Of a stretch of DNA of 64,000 nt, positions 1 to 9,517 are shown piece after piece. Made by a program: the position numbers and the translations under genes. How positions within the stretch are numbered: the first letter of the stretch is position 1; every line of letters starts with the position of its first letter. This stretch comes from Fimbriimonadia bacterium (GTDB taxonomy: Bacteria; Armatimonadota; Fimbriimonadia; Fimbriimonadales; JABRVX01), in assembly GCA_041483895.1 (NCBI GenBank), contig JBGPGO010000001.1, positions 96,001 through 160,000 of the forward strand, in the 5' to 3' direction. Under the pieces are notes generated by a model. The model was not told the DNA's origin. It searched no databases and was given only the letters and a program-made list of their open reading frames with translations.

Positions 1-1
1 T

Positions 2-970
2 CTCGAGGTCTGGGTGGAGCGGACGATCCCGACGGCGGGGGCGGACGGCGGAAAAACCACGGTCCCCGGTCGCCTGTTCAGTGAAATCCTCGCCGGCCTG
101 CCCGAAGGAAATGTGACGCTTACGACCGGCGACCGCCACGATATCAAGGTGGAGTGCGGGTCCTCTAAATACAACGTGCTCGGCCTCCCCGCTGACGAAT
201 TTCCCGTCGTGCCCCATTTGGAGGAGGACCTCACCTTCACAATGCCGATTTCGCTCTTCAAGGAGATGGCTCGGCAGGTGGAGATCGCCGTTTCCCGGGA
301 CGATGCGCGGCCGGCTCTGACAGGCATTCTCTTTTCCAGCGACGGACAAGACATCCGCATGGTCGCCACCGATACGCATCGATTGGCCCTGCGCAAGGCG
401 CCGGCCGCAAACGTCTCCGGCATCGGTTCCTCCCTCAACGCGGTGATCCCCGAACGCGCCATCAGCATGATTACAAAGGCCCCGGCCTCGGATGACGATG
501 AAGTGAAGGTGACGATTGAGAATGCACGGGTTGGGTTTGAGATCGGGCCCGTCCGGCTCGTTGCCTCCCTCATCACCGGCGCGTTCCCAGCCTACGAAAG
601 GGTGCTGCCGACAGATCCCACGCGAAAATGGACCCTGCCGACGGAGGAGTTTGCGGCGGCGGTCCGCAGAGCGGATGTCGTTGCCAAGCAGAGCTCCCAT
701 CGAGTAGTGCTGACTGGCAACGGCGACCGGCTGGAGGTTACGGCCCGCAGCGAGGGCTTCGGAGACGCGAACGAGACCATGGAGATGGTCTCCGAGGGCG
801 GTGAAATGGCGATTGCGTTCAACGCCAAATATGTCCTCGATGCCTTGGGAGTAATCGACACCGACGGCGTTGTGCTGGAAATGACCGAGCCGCTCCGCGC
901 GGCGCTTCTCCGGCCCGCCACGGAGAATCCAGAGTTCCAATACGTGGTCATGCCCATGGCTTTATCGTAA
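2..970 (+). CDS. dnaN: DNA polymerase III beta sliding clamp (5'-truncated by window edge)
   Basis: Motifs 'RPALTGILF', 'MVATDTHRLA', 'IAFNAKYVLDAL', 'YVVMPM'; frame open from the window start. Confidence 0.97.
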   Translation, partial: LEVWVERTIPTAGADGGKTTVPGRLFSEILAGLPEGNVTLTTGDRHDIKVECGSSKYNVLGLPADEFPVVPHLEEDLTFTMPISLFKEMARQVEIAVSRDDARPALTGILFSSDGQDIRMVATDTHRLALRKAPAANVSGIGSSLNAVIPERAISMITKAPASDDDEVKVTIENARVGFEIGPVRLVASLITGAFPAYERVLPTDPTRKWTLPTEEFAAAVRRADVVAKQSSHRVVLTGNGDRLEVTARSEGFGDANETMEMVSEGGEMAIAFNAKYVLDALGVIDTDGVVLEMTEPLRAALLRPATENPEFQYVVMPMALS

Positions 971-976
971 TAGAGC

Positions 977-1005
977 TTGACACGGATCGGTATTTATGCT
1001 AAGGT
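977..1005 (+). promoter_or_regulatory. Putative sigma70 promoter for the amidase operon
   Basis: TTGACA (977-982), 17-nt spacer ending TGC, TAAGGT (1000-1005), 35 nt upstream of the amidase start. Confidence 0.6.
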
Positions 1006-1039
1006 AGCGTTTGCCTCTGTCAAGCCATGAGGGCTGATT

Positions 1040-2833
1040 GTGCGTAAAATTGTGGTACTCGCGGCTCTGCTCGCACTTTGCCCATGGATTTGGGCGCAAG
1101 AAGCGTGCACGGTCTCCTATCTGGGAAAAAGGCTCACGCTGGACCCGTCCGCTTCGCGGTTGGGAGATGAATGCTTTGTTCCTCTCAAACATCTCTCGCT
1201 CTTCGGCTGGAAGGCCAACGCCAAAGATACCCGGCTGACAATCCGAACGAATGACCGAAAGGCGGAGGTGTTCGTCCGGACGATCGACGGGGTGGACTGC
1301 TTCCCTCTCCGGGCCACCGCTCAACTGCTCGGGGCGACTTCCGCATGGACTGACCCCGCGAAGCTGGCCGTTCTGACCCGGATCGAATGGATCGGGGCTT
1401 CCGACGGTGAGCTGTCCATCAAGACCACCTACTCGGTCACCCCGAAAATGTTCACGCTCAAGGCCCCGGACCGACTGGTGATCGACCTGCCAGGCGTTGT
1501 GGCCAGCAAGGAAGCGCCGCCGGCGCTGAAAGGCGTGGGCCTGGGCGTCCGATACGCCCAATTCGATGCGGAGACGTTCCGGATCGTTTGCGACCTGGTT
1601 GGCCAGCCGGCCGCCAAGCTCCGCCAAATCAGCGAACACGAATTCAAGATCCAGTGGACCGGCGCACAGTTCCAGGCACGAGGAAGCACAGGATTTGAAG
1701 TGGCCGCGCGCCACGATGAAGCCAAGCCGAAGGTGGTCGCCGCCGCGGTGAAACCGAAGCCGCCGGTTGTGCAGGCCAAGGTAGAGCCGCAGCCCGAGCC
1801 GAAGATCGATGCCCCCAAGCCGGAACCGCAAGATGAGGTCACAACTCCGTCCAAGACTGCCGAGCATGAGACGGAGCAGGAGGACGCCGCGCAGGATACC
1901 GCCGACGAGACAAAGCCGGCGAAGCTCGGAAAACCAGTTCTGACGAGCGACAAGGACGCATTTGTCGTTACCATTCCCGCCGACAGGCTGCTAAAGGGCA
2001 AGACCAGCATCAAGCGGAAAGAGCATTCGCTCGTATTGGAGATACCGAACGCGACAGCGGACGAGCTGGAGCAATCGTTCGATGACGGCTTTGTGGAGAA
2101 GTTCAAATCGGCTTCCAAGCTGGTTGGACAGGTGGGACGGGTCGTGTTGGAATTCGCCATCAAGGGGCCGGTCGGCGTTGCCTTCTCGCCATCCGCGAAG
2201 CAGTTGGCCATCACGCTCACCCGCAAGCCGGCCAAGGCCGGCAAGATATCAGACCAGGTAATCGTGGTCGATCCGGGGCATGGCGGTACGGACAGCGGCG
2301 CGCATTTCGGCTCCGGGGTCACACGGCTGGACGAGAAGACAGTCAACCTTGCGACCGCCAAGAAGGTGGCGAAGCTGCTTTCCAATGCCGGCGCCGCTGT
2401 CATCCTGACGCGCAGCGACGACAGCTATCCTTCCCTGAAAGACCGGGTAGCCACCGCAAATCTATCCGAAGCCACGATGTTTGTCAGCATCCATCACAAT
2501 TCCAACAAGCTGGCCAACAGCCGATCGGGCACCTTCACCTATTACCATTCCGGCGGCGCGCAGAGCAAAAAGCTGGCGGAATGCATCGAAAAGGAGATTG
2601 CGGCCGTATCCGGATTACCAAATCATGGCGCGAAGGCGGACACAACGGTCCACAAAACCGGAATGCACGTTCTGCGAAACACAAAAATGCCCGCTGTGCT
2701 GGTGGAGGTTGGATACATCAATCACGCAACGGATCGAGAGAAGATAACGGATGAGGAGTTCCAGAACAAGGTGGCGGAGGCGGTCCTGAAGGGAGTGGAG
2801 GCCTACCTGAAGGACGCCGGAGAGTCGCAGTGA
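1040..2833 (+). CDS. N-acetylmuramoyl-L-alanine amidase (Amidase_3) with signal peptide and AMIN-like domain
   Basis: 'VVDPGHGGTDSGA', 'EKTVNL', 'FVSIHHN', 'PAVLVEVGYINH'; AMIN-like 'FTLKAPDRLVIDLP'; Pro/Glu-rich linker. Confidence 0.93.
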   Translation: MRKIVVLAALLALCPWIWAQEACTVSYLGKRLTLDPSASRLGDECFVPLKHLSLFGWKANAKDTRLTIRTNDRKAEVFVRTIDGVDCFPLRATAQLLGATSAWTDPAKLAVLTRIEWIGASDGELSIKTTYSVTPKMFTLKAPDRLVIDLPGVVASKEAPPALKGVGLGVRYAQFDAETFRIVCDLVGQPAAKLRQISEHEFKIQWTGAQFQARGSTGFEVAARHDEAKPKVVAAAVKPKPPVVQAKVEPQPEPKIDAPKPEPQDEVTTPSKTAEHETEQEDAAQDTADETKPAKLGKPVLTSDKDAFVVTIPADRLLKGKTSIKRKEHSLVLEIPNATADELEQSFDDGFVEKFKSASKLVGQVGRVVLEFAIKGPVGVAFSPSAKQLAITLTRKPAKAGKISDQVIVVDPGHGGTDSGAHFGSGVTRLDEKTVNLATAKKVAKLLSNAGAAVILTRSDDSYPSLKDRVATANLSEATMFVSIHHNSNKLANSRSGTFTYYHSGGAQSKKLAECIEKEIAAVSGLPNHGAKADTTVHKTGMHVLRNTKMPAVLVEVGYINHATDREKITDEEFQNKVAEAVLKGVEAYLKDAGESQ

Positions 2834-3330
2834 AGCGGGTCTTCGCGGTTGTCGTGGTCTTGCTCCTTGTGGCCGGCGGCGTGGTCTATTTCCTATGGCC
2901 TCGGAGCTCCGGTTCGAACCAGGGCGCAGCCACACCTTCCGGGAGCATCAACCAAAGAGACACCGTGACCATCTACCACCCAACCTACAAGAACGACCAG
3001 ATTGGGTTTGAAAAGAATCCGATAAAGGTGGCCGATGGGAACCCGATTGCGACCGCCATCAACGGGATGCTGCGCGAACCGAAACTGTTCCCTGCCGGGG
3101 TGCAGCTCTTGGATTCCAAGGTGGAAGGCGACACGGTGACGCTCGACTTCAGCAAGGAGCTGCGCGCGGGCTATTCCACGGATGAGGAAGAGGCAGTCCT
3201 GAAATCGATCTCCACCTCCATGGGCCAGTTCAAAGAGCTGAACAAGGTCCGAATCTTTGTGGAGGGCAAGCCGATCGATACCCTTGGGAACATTGACCTA
3301 TCCGAACCGATGGAAGTGGAGCGGCAGTAG
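2830..3330 (+). CDS. GerMN domain protein, N-terminal membrane anchor
   Basis: 'VTLDFSKEL...EEAVLKSISTSMGQFKELNKVRIFVEG'; GTGA overlap with the amidase stop. Confidence 0.85.
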   Translation: MKRVFAVVVVLLLVAGGVVYFLWPRSSGSNQGAATPSGSINQRDTVTIYHPTYKNDQIGFEKNPIKVADGNPIATAINGMLREPKLFPAGVQLLDSKVEGDTVTLDFSKELRAGYSTDEEEAVLKSISTSMGQFKELNKVRIFVEGKPIDTLGNIDLSEPMEVERQ

Positions 3331-3374
3331 CTGGCAAGGGGGGAACGCGGGACAGGCCGCGAACTCTTGAACTG

Positions 3375-4247
3375 ATGCGCGTCTCGATCCTACTTCTTTC
3401 TTTCCTTCTTACTGCCCTTGGATTTGCACAGCAGCCACTGGTGCAGACCGGCGTCGATTTCCGGCCCATGCTCCGAATGGCTCGAGACGGCGAGGGCATT
3501 GTCCGTCTCTACGACGACAGCGGCCACATTTCGACGGTACATCTCACGCTGCTTACCGAAGTCGGGTTTCGGGTGTACATCGCCCAGCGCCTGCAACGGA
3601 TTGCCAACGACTCGGACAACGAGCTGCTCAACGAATACTACATCGAGGACACCAACTACTGGCGCGTCGGCAAACAGCTTCTGCCGTTCGGGCTGGCAAT
3701 GCTGGAGCGCGAATACGTTCGGGCTGGGCGCGTCAACACAACGCTTGCCCTCGGCGGATACCCAATCTCCGTGGCCTATTGCGACGGCGGCACCCTGCAT
3801 CCCAAGGGGTTTGTCGCACGAATAGGCCGGGAATATGGAGTCAGCGTGGCGGCAGGCGAGAACTTCGGCATCTCCGGCACCTCGCTGAACGATATCCGGC
3901 TGCCAGAGGAGGCGCCCCCCATTGGCGGCGGCTATCGGCTGCTGATCGGAGCGGACTACATGCGAAAATCGGGGGATTGGACCCTAGCTATGGAATGGCT
4001 GCGGGCGCGGGATGGACATCGTGTGGAAGATAAGGACAACGACTATTCCTTGGCAAAGCTCCAATACGACCTGCCGTTCGGCCGCAAGGCTAGCTTTGCG
4101 TGGGCGCGTTCCTTTGAGAATCGCGAGGACAACTATCGGCTGCGACTAGACGCGCCGATTGCCGGAAACGTAAACTTCATCCCCCAGGTCCGTTGGCAGG
4201 GCGGCCGGCTGCTGGAGAGCTCAATCGGCCTGCAGATTCGGTACTAG
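3375..4247 (+). CDS. Hypothetical exported protein, probable outer-membrane beta-barrel
   Basis: Signal peptide, alternating amphipathic strands, C-terminal aromatic residue ('IGLQIRY'). Confidence 0.65.
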   Translation: MRVSILLLSFLLTALGFAQQPLVQTGVDFRPMLRMARDGEGIVRLYDDSGHISTVHLTLLTEVGFRVYIAQRLQRIANDSDNELLNEYYIEDTNYWRVGKQLLPFGLAMLEREYVRAGRVNTTLALGGYPISVAYCDGGTLHPKGFVARIGREYGVSVAAGENFGISGTSLNDIRLPEEAPPIGGGYRLLIGADYMRKSGDWTLAMEWLRARDGHRVEDKDNDYSLAKLQYDLPFGRKASFAWARSFENREDNYRLRLDAPIAGNVNFIPQVRWQGGRLLESSIGLQIRY

Positions 4248-5443
4248 TTGGTGCCAGGCGGCGGTGTGCCGTTGATCAGATAGGCCCGTGTCAGTTCCGC
4301 CCGGACCAGGTTTCCGGACCGGCTCAACACGATTTTGACTTTGGAGCTCGGCGGACCTTCCAGGATGTCCTTGATTTTCTGGGCGGACATCTGACGGATG
4401 TCGGTTCCGTCCACTTCTAGAATGATGTCGCCCTTCTTTATCCCAGCCTTGGCCGCCGGAGAGTCCTTCGTAACGATTGCCACATACCAGCGGTCCTTGG
4501 CTTCTTCGTAATACGCATTGATGCCGACATCCGCCTTCGGCAGCTCAATCTTGGCGGCAGGGATGCGCTCGAACCACAGCAGCCGGCGGCGATAATCGAC
4601 CGTGACGTTGAAGTTGCGAATGAACTGGATTCCGATGGTGCCACCGCTCTCGATCTCGCTGCTCGGCAGATCGTGCACGCTGAAAACCGCGTCGTCGACC
4701 GGGATGCCGCCGATGGAAAATTTGTGCGCCCACCAATCGAAGGAAGGCGTTGCGCCGCTCGCGATGCCGGATAAGTACATATAGTCCGGCGTGTCCTGCG
4801 TGAATTGGCCCATTGCCTTGAGGTGCTCCTTGTACGTGGCCATGAAGAAGGCGTTGCCGGTGTCGAAGGCCAGGGTCATCTGCTGATCGCCGAACGCTAC
4901 GTCCATATTAATCACATCCAGCCCCCGAGGGAGCATCTCAATGAGGAAGGTCTTCAGGTTATCCGGCTTCCGTTTGGAGATGTCCACCTGGGCGTCCGGA
5001 TAAAAGATCATCTTTTTGTTTTGAAAATTCAATTCGAACACATAGTTCGACAGCTGCGAAAGCCCAAGCATTGCATCGATGTGCCGACCGTAGATCTTGG
5101 TTAGGTCCCCAAGCGGCTGTTGGGGAATCTCCTGATCTTTCAGGTCAAACTTCATTTTGCCCAACGTAACCGCTTTGACCTTTACCGTCGGAACCTCGAA
5201 TGTCGTCACAAAGTCCTGCATCATCATGGTTCCCGCCTGAGGGCCCACGTTGAGCTGGTCATTGATCAGAATCGAACCGCTAAAGCCACTGTCGAAGAAG
5301 AAGCTCGCGGGCTTGCCGTTGATAGTCCCTCGGACTATGATCGCTTCGCCGTCGAAGTCCATAGGTACCTCGACGACCTCGGTCAACTTTGCGACAGTAC
5401 TCTGGGTCGCCGCAGCGAAAAGAAGCGCAAAAACTGGTGACAT
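4244..5443 (-). CDS. Exported aspartyl protease (two retropepsin-like lobes) with C-terminal PDZ domain
   Basis: 'FFFDSG' and 'LAFDTG' motifs; PDZ 'SPAAKAGIKKGDIILEVDG'. Confidence 0.85.
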   Translation of the reverse strand: MSPVFALLFAAATQSTVAKLTEVVEVPMDFDGEAIIVRGTINGKPASFFFDSGFSGSILINDQLNVGPQAGTMMMQDFVTTFEVPTVKVKAVTLGKMKFDLKDQEIPQQPLGDLTKIYGRHIDAMLGLSQLSNYVFELNFQNKKMIFYPDAQVDISKRKPDNLKTFLIEMLPRGLDVINMDVAFGDQQMTLAFDTGNAFFMATYKEHLKAMGQFTQDTPDYMYLSGIASGATPSFDWWAHKFSIGGIPVDDAVFSVHDLPSSEIESGGTIGIQFIRNFNVTVDYRRRLLWFERIPAAKIELPKADVGINAYYEEAKDRWYVAIVTKDSPAAKAGIKKGDIILEVDGTDIRQMSAQKIKDILEGPPSSKVKIVLSRSGNLVRAELTRAYLINGTPPPGTN

Positions 5444-5445
5444 CT

Positions 5446-6201
5446 CTACCCCTTCATCCGCCCGATGAGGGCGCGCCGGTAGGCTTCATCGGGCCGCATG
5501 TGAATTCTCTCTATGTTTTCTTGGCTGAAAGGCCTCGCCCCACCGGCGGACTGGGCGACGTGCAGAATTTTTGCGGCCTTCTCCGCCATAAATGTACAAC
5601 TTAAGACTTCTTCCGGCCTCGGTCCTATCGCAATCAGACCGTGACTTTCCATTAATATACATCGTGGCGGCACTCCCTCATTCCGGATGAACTTCTCGAC
5701 GGCATCCCGGAGGGCACGGGCGAGGACAAGGCCCGGGTCCGTGTATGGCACAAAACAGGGCGTCGGACCGCAGCAAACGATGTGATCGGGAAAGAGGCGC
5801 AATGCAAGAAGATCGGACTTCTCGCTGCAGAGGAAGCCGTTGACGGTGATCGGATGGGTGTGGCCGACGAAGTTCACGTCCGGCAGTGTGAGCAGGTAGG
5901 CATGAAAGAATGCCTCCGTGGACGGCATGGCTCCCGTATCCCCTACGCGGCTTGCCTCCAGCGCCGCCTTTGCCACATCGTCGCCGGCTGCCGATGAGTT
6001 CATCGCATCCAGAAGCGGTTGAAAGCGGCACGTGATGAGGCTATCTTGGGTCATGTCGGGAAGGGAACGCCCACTGGCCTTCACCGCGAACGTGTCTTCA
6101 TCGATGCGGCAGGAGGTATTCCCTTCTCCCAAGATGACGAGGCCCTCTTCCGGTCGGCCTAGCCGCCGCGACATTTCAATCAAAGTGTCAATCTTGGTCA
6201 T
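5446..6201 (-). CDS. Class II aldolase/adducin family protein
   Basis: 'GEGNTS', 'PSTEAFFH', 'HTHP', 'SHGLIAIG'; start reassigned to ATG 6201, which forms an ATGA overlap with the upstream gene. Confidence 0.88.
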   Translation of the reverse strand: MTKIDTLIEMSRRLGRPEEGLVILGEGNTSCRIDEDTFAVKASGRSLPDMTQDSLITCRFQPLLDAMNSSAAGDDVAKAALEASRVGDTGAMPSTEAFFHAYLLTLPDVNFVGHTHPITVNGFLCSEKSDLLALRLFPDHIVCCGPTPCFVPYTDPGLVLARALRDAVEKFIRNEGVPPRCILMESHGLIAIGPRPEEVLSCTFMAEKAAKILHVAQSAGGARPFSQENIERIHMRPDEAYRRALIGRMKG

Positions 6202-7124
6202 TTGCCCATCCCGCCGACTGCGGCAGCGGCGAGGATGCCGAGTGCGAACGGAGCGCAGCATATCGACAGAATCAGGATGCAGAAGGACACGATTCCCCAT
6301 GTATTCCACGCCTTTTGCACGGCTTGAAAATCCCCGATGTCTTGGAATCGGCGGGCTCGCCAGGCCATTCCGGACCCCGATATGCCGAGCCAAATGGAAA
6401 AAGCGATTCCAGCCAAAAATGCGTATTGCGAGACGGTTAGGAAGACCGTCCAAGCGGTCCCCAAATGCGCGGTGAGCTCCTGCTCCGATACATTCCCCTT
6501 GGCGCTCGTAAACTCCGGCACAAGCTTCGCGATCGAGATCGCCAACACGATGACGGGAAGGACATGAAGGGTGATCGCGACGGCGGCCTGCCAGTACAGC
6601 CGCATGCAGAGCGCCCAGATCGAGGTGAGGGCGAACGCCCCCCAATTCCATTTGCCTATGCCGTACGGAATCAGCGCGCCGCTCCCCTGGCCGGATGTGT
6701 TGGCTTCCACGCGGGGAGTCCAGGCCGGCTGCTGACCGATCAACGAAGGTACATCCTGGCGCGGCGGCGTCCAGGTCTGGGCGGTTGGCGCTGGGGACGT
6801 TTTCATCGGGTCCCACGCCGGCTGGTGGACAGTTTGCAGCTGCTGAAGAAGGTGCGCCAGGTTCGGAAGGATTGGGTCCAGGCGCTGGGCCTCTTGCGCT
6901 GCCGCGAGGGCCTCTTGTTTCCGGCCCATGGAGCTTAGCTGCGAGGCGAGGTTGAAATGGTGGCGAGCGTTCCCGGGCTCCAATCGCGCGGCCTCTTGGA
7001 ATTCCCCGACCGAATCGTCGCGCCTTTGTAGGCGACTGAGGATGACGGCACGGATTGCATGGCTTGCCGCCGATTGTGGTTCGATCTGGACGGCTGTCGT
7101 GGCGGTTGTCAGCGCCTCATTCAA
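6198..7124 (-). CDS. TPR-repeat protein with C-terminal membrane domain
   Basis: TPR-like 'AARLEPGNARHHFNLA'; Pro-rich linker; 'KWNWGAF' followed by hydrophobic helices. Confidence 0.75.
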   Translation of the reverse strand: MNEALTTATTAVQIEPQSAASHAIRAVILSRLQRRDDSVGEFQEAARLEPGNARHHFNLASQLSSMGRKQEALAAAQEAQRLDPILPNLAHLLQQLQTVHQPAWDPMKTSPAPTAQTWTPPRQDVPSLIGQQPAWTPRVEANTSGQGSGALIPYGIGKWNWGAFALTSIWALCMRLYWQAAVAITLHVLPVIVLAISIAKLVPEFTSAKGNVSEQELTAHLGTAWTVFLTVSQYAFLAGIAFSIWLGISGSGMAWRARRFQDIGDFQAVQKAWNTWGIVSFCILILSICCAPFALGILAAAAVGGMGK

Positions 7125-7229
7125 AGAACCCTGATTGAGCTGCTCCTGCGCTCTCCGGCGGAGCTCCCGTGCGTCTGGGGTAATCCGAAGTCACCTCTCT
7201 CACAACTGTACCCGAACAAGGCTCCCTCA

Positions 7230-7298
7230 GTAACGCTGCCATCAAGGCGGCACGGTTTTGGGATCATTGGGAAGATGCCGCATGGAAGTCAGCGTTAC
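7230..7298. repeat. Inverted pair of GTAA-type REP-like repeats
   Basis: GTAACGCTGCCATCAAGGCGGCA (7230-7252) and TGCCGCATGGAAGTCAGCGTTAC (7276-7298); same family as 26130-26272. Confidence 0.75.
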
Positions 7299-7404
7299 GG
7301 GTTGCGGGTATTCTTGTCCGGCGAAGGGCGCGGTCTGCAAGAAGGCAGGAATCGAAACCTCGCCACAGAAATTCTTGCGTCAGCGTAGAGGGAAGGTGTA
7401 CGGA

Positions 7405-8565
7405 ATGAAGATTTTCGCAGTGCTATTGAAGATTGCCGCCGTCAGCATATTGGTTGCGGGCTGCACCAGTTCCGAGAAGTCCGGCGGGGCCGGGGATAAA
7501 GGGGACATCAAGGTCGGTCTCTACACCAGCATGACCGGCAGCGAGTCCGCCTGGGGCCAGGCATCGAAGGAGTCAGTCGATCTTGCGACGGAGGAGTTCA
7601 ACGAATCGGGTGGGCTCAACGGCCGAAAGGTCAAGATCATCCTTCAAGATACCGGAAGCCAGGCGGAACAGGCCAAGACCGTGGCTCAGCGCCTTACGGA
7701 TACTGATCAGGTGGTTGCGCTTCTTGGAGAGATCGCTTCGGGCCGGACCCAGCAGGGCGCGAGCGTTGCCCAAGCGAAGGGCATTCCCGACATCACCTCC
7801 GGTTCGACGCGTGACGATTTGGCGGCCATCGGAGATTCCTTCAATCGAGTCTGTTTCAATGACTCGATGCAGGGCAAGGTGCTCGGCCAGTTCGTCGTTG
7901 ACAAGGGTTGGAAGAAGGTCGCCCTAATGGTCGATCGAAAACAGCCCTACTCCACCGGCCTGGCCGCCCAAATCGAGAAGATCGTGACCGCCAACGGCGG
8001 TCAAATTGTTGCCACAGAGTTCTATCAAGGCGGCGATCCTGAGTTTTCCGCTCAACTCGTTAATATCAAGCAGAAGAATCCTGATGTTTTGATAATTCCG
8101 GGCTATTACACCGAGGCAGCCGCCATCTGCAAGCAGGCCCGTCAGAATGGCCTCAAGATGCAGCTTATGGGCGGGGATGGATGGAGCAATCCCGATCTCC
8201 GAAAGCAGGGCGGGCCGGATATTGTCGGGGCGATGTTTACGGATCACTTCACAAATAAAGACCCCGACCCGGTCGTTCAGGACTTCGTCAAGCGCTACCA
8301 ACAGAAATATAGCAAGAAGCCGGAAGCGATCGGCGCTCTGGCCTATGATTCTGCAAAGGTACTCTTCGATGCGATGAAGCGGGCGAAGTCGACGGATGGC
8401 GCCGCCCTAAAGAAGAGCGTACGAGAAACGAAAGACTTCCCTGGAGTGACCGGCAAGATCACCATAGACGATAAGGGCAATGCGAAGAAGCGTGTCTTGG
8501 TGGTGCGGGTGGAAGACGACGGATCGTTTTCGGTAGTGAAGGTTTACGAGCCAGACAAGCTGTAA
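7405..8565 (+). CDS. Branched-chain amino acid-type ABC transporter substrate-binding lipoprotein
   Basis: Lipobox 'LVAGC'; 'AYDSAKVLFDAMKRA', 'FPGVTGKITIDDKG'; start reassigned to ATG 7405. Confidence 0.92.
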   Translation: MKIFAVLLKIAAVSILVAGCTSSEKSGGAGDKGDIKVGLYTSMTGSESAWGQASKESVDLATEEFNESGGLNGRKVKIILQDTGSQAEQAKTVAQRLTDTDQVVALLGEIASGRTQQGASVAQAKGIPDITSGSTRDDLAAIGDSFNRVCFNDSMQGKVLGQFVVDKGWKKVALMVDRKQPYSTGLAAQIEKIVTANGGQIVATEFYQGGDPEFSAQLVNIKQKNPDVLIIPGYYTEAAAICKQARQNGLKMQLMGGDGWSNPDLRKQGGPDIVGAMFTDHFTNKDPDPVVQDFVKRYQQKYSKKPEAIGALAYDSAKVLFDAMKRAKSTDGAALKKSVRETKDFPGVTGKITIDDKGNAKKRVLVVRVEDDGSFSVVKVYEPDKL

Positions 8566-8605
8566 GATGCAGGATACGAGTTGCCAAGGACGGTCGCGAC
8601 GGTAG

Positions 8606-9517
8606 ATGTCATATTACATCCAGCAGCTCATTGTTGGCCTGCAGGTTGGCGCCATCTATGCGCTCCTTGCTCTGGGTTACACGATGGTGTACGGAGTGCT
8701 CCGACTGATAAATTTCGCCCACGGCGAAGTGTATATGGTCGGGGCATTCTTCACGCTTTTCATCTCCCGCTGGATTCACGCGCCGGAGGACCCGGCGCTG
8801 TGGAAGCTGTTCACAATGCTTTTCGGAGCGATGATGGTATGCGCGATTCTTGGGGCAACGATTGAGCAGGTCGCTTACCGGCCCCTTAGGAAATCCCCGC
8901 GAATCGCTTCGTTGATCACAGCCATTGGCGTGTCCTTATTGCTGCAGAATCTTGCGATTCTCGTCTTTCCCATCAATCCGCCTCCGGCCGTTGCGACAGA
9001 GGTAATTCCCTTCCAACGCAGCATACAGGTTGGCGATATTACTTTGGACATTGGCAAGATGGCGATATTTGCCGTAGCCATCGGGATGATGATCCTCCTC
9101 TGGTGGATCGTCATGAAGACCAAGATGGGACGAGGGATGCGCGCGGCGTCCCATGATTTCGATGCGGCGGCGCTGATGGGAGTCGATGTCAATAAGGTGG
9201 TTCGCTTCACGTTCATCGTCGGTTCCGCATTGGCAGGCGCGGCGGCGATGCTCAATTCCACTTTCTTGGGTACTCCGCTCCGCGTTGACTATGGACTGTT
9301 GCCAGGCGTCAAGGCCTTTACTGCCGCGGTTTTGGGCGGAATAGGAAATATTCCGGGCGCGGCGCTCGGAGGCATGCTGATGGGACTCGCCGAAACCTCC
9401 GTTTCCGCGGCCCACCTCTCCAGCTATCGAGACGCGGTCGCCTTTATCATCCTAGTTTTGGTTCTTTTGCTGCGGCCTAGCGGACTGCTCGGCAGCTCGA
9501 AAGTGGAGAAGGTCTGA
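8606..9517 (+). CDS. livH: Branched-chain amino acid ABC permease
   Basis: 'GAIYALLALGYTMVYGVLRLINFAHGE', 'KAFTAAVLGGIG'. Confidence 0.95.
   Translation: MSYYIQQLIVGLQVGAIYALLALGYTMVYGVLRLINFAHGEVYMVGAFFTLFISRWIHAPEDPALWKLFTMLFGAMMVCAILGATIEQVAYRPLRKSPRIASLITAIGVSLLLQNLAILVFPINPPPAVATEVIPFQRSIQVGDITLDIGKMAIFAVAIGMMILLWWIVMKTKMGRGMRAASHDFDAAALMGVDVNKVVRFTFIVGSALAGAAAMLNSTFLGTPLRVDYGLLPGVKAFTAAVLGGIGNIPGAALGGMLMGLAETSVSAAHLSSYRDAVAFIILVLVLLLRPSGLLGSSKVEKV

Noticed and set aside
960..1040. Replication origin next to dnaN
   Set aside because: No TTATCCACA-type DnaA boxes seen; an origin, if nearby, would lie upstream of the window.
6202..6816. N-terminal extension of the aldolase ORF in the track
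   Set aside because: Overlaps the TPR gene in another frame; the ATGA-coupled start at 6201 fits the family better.
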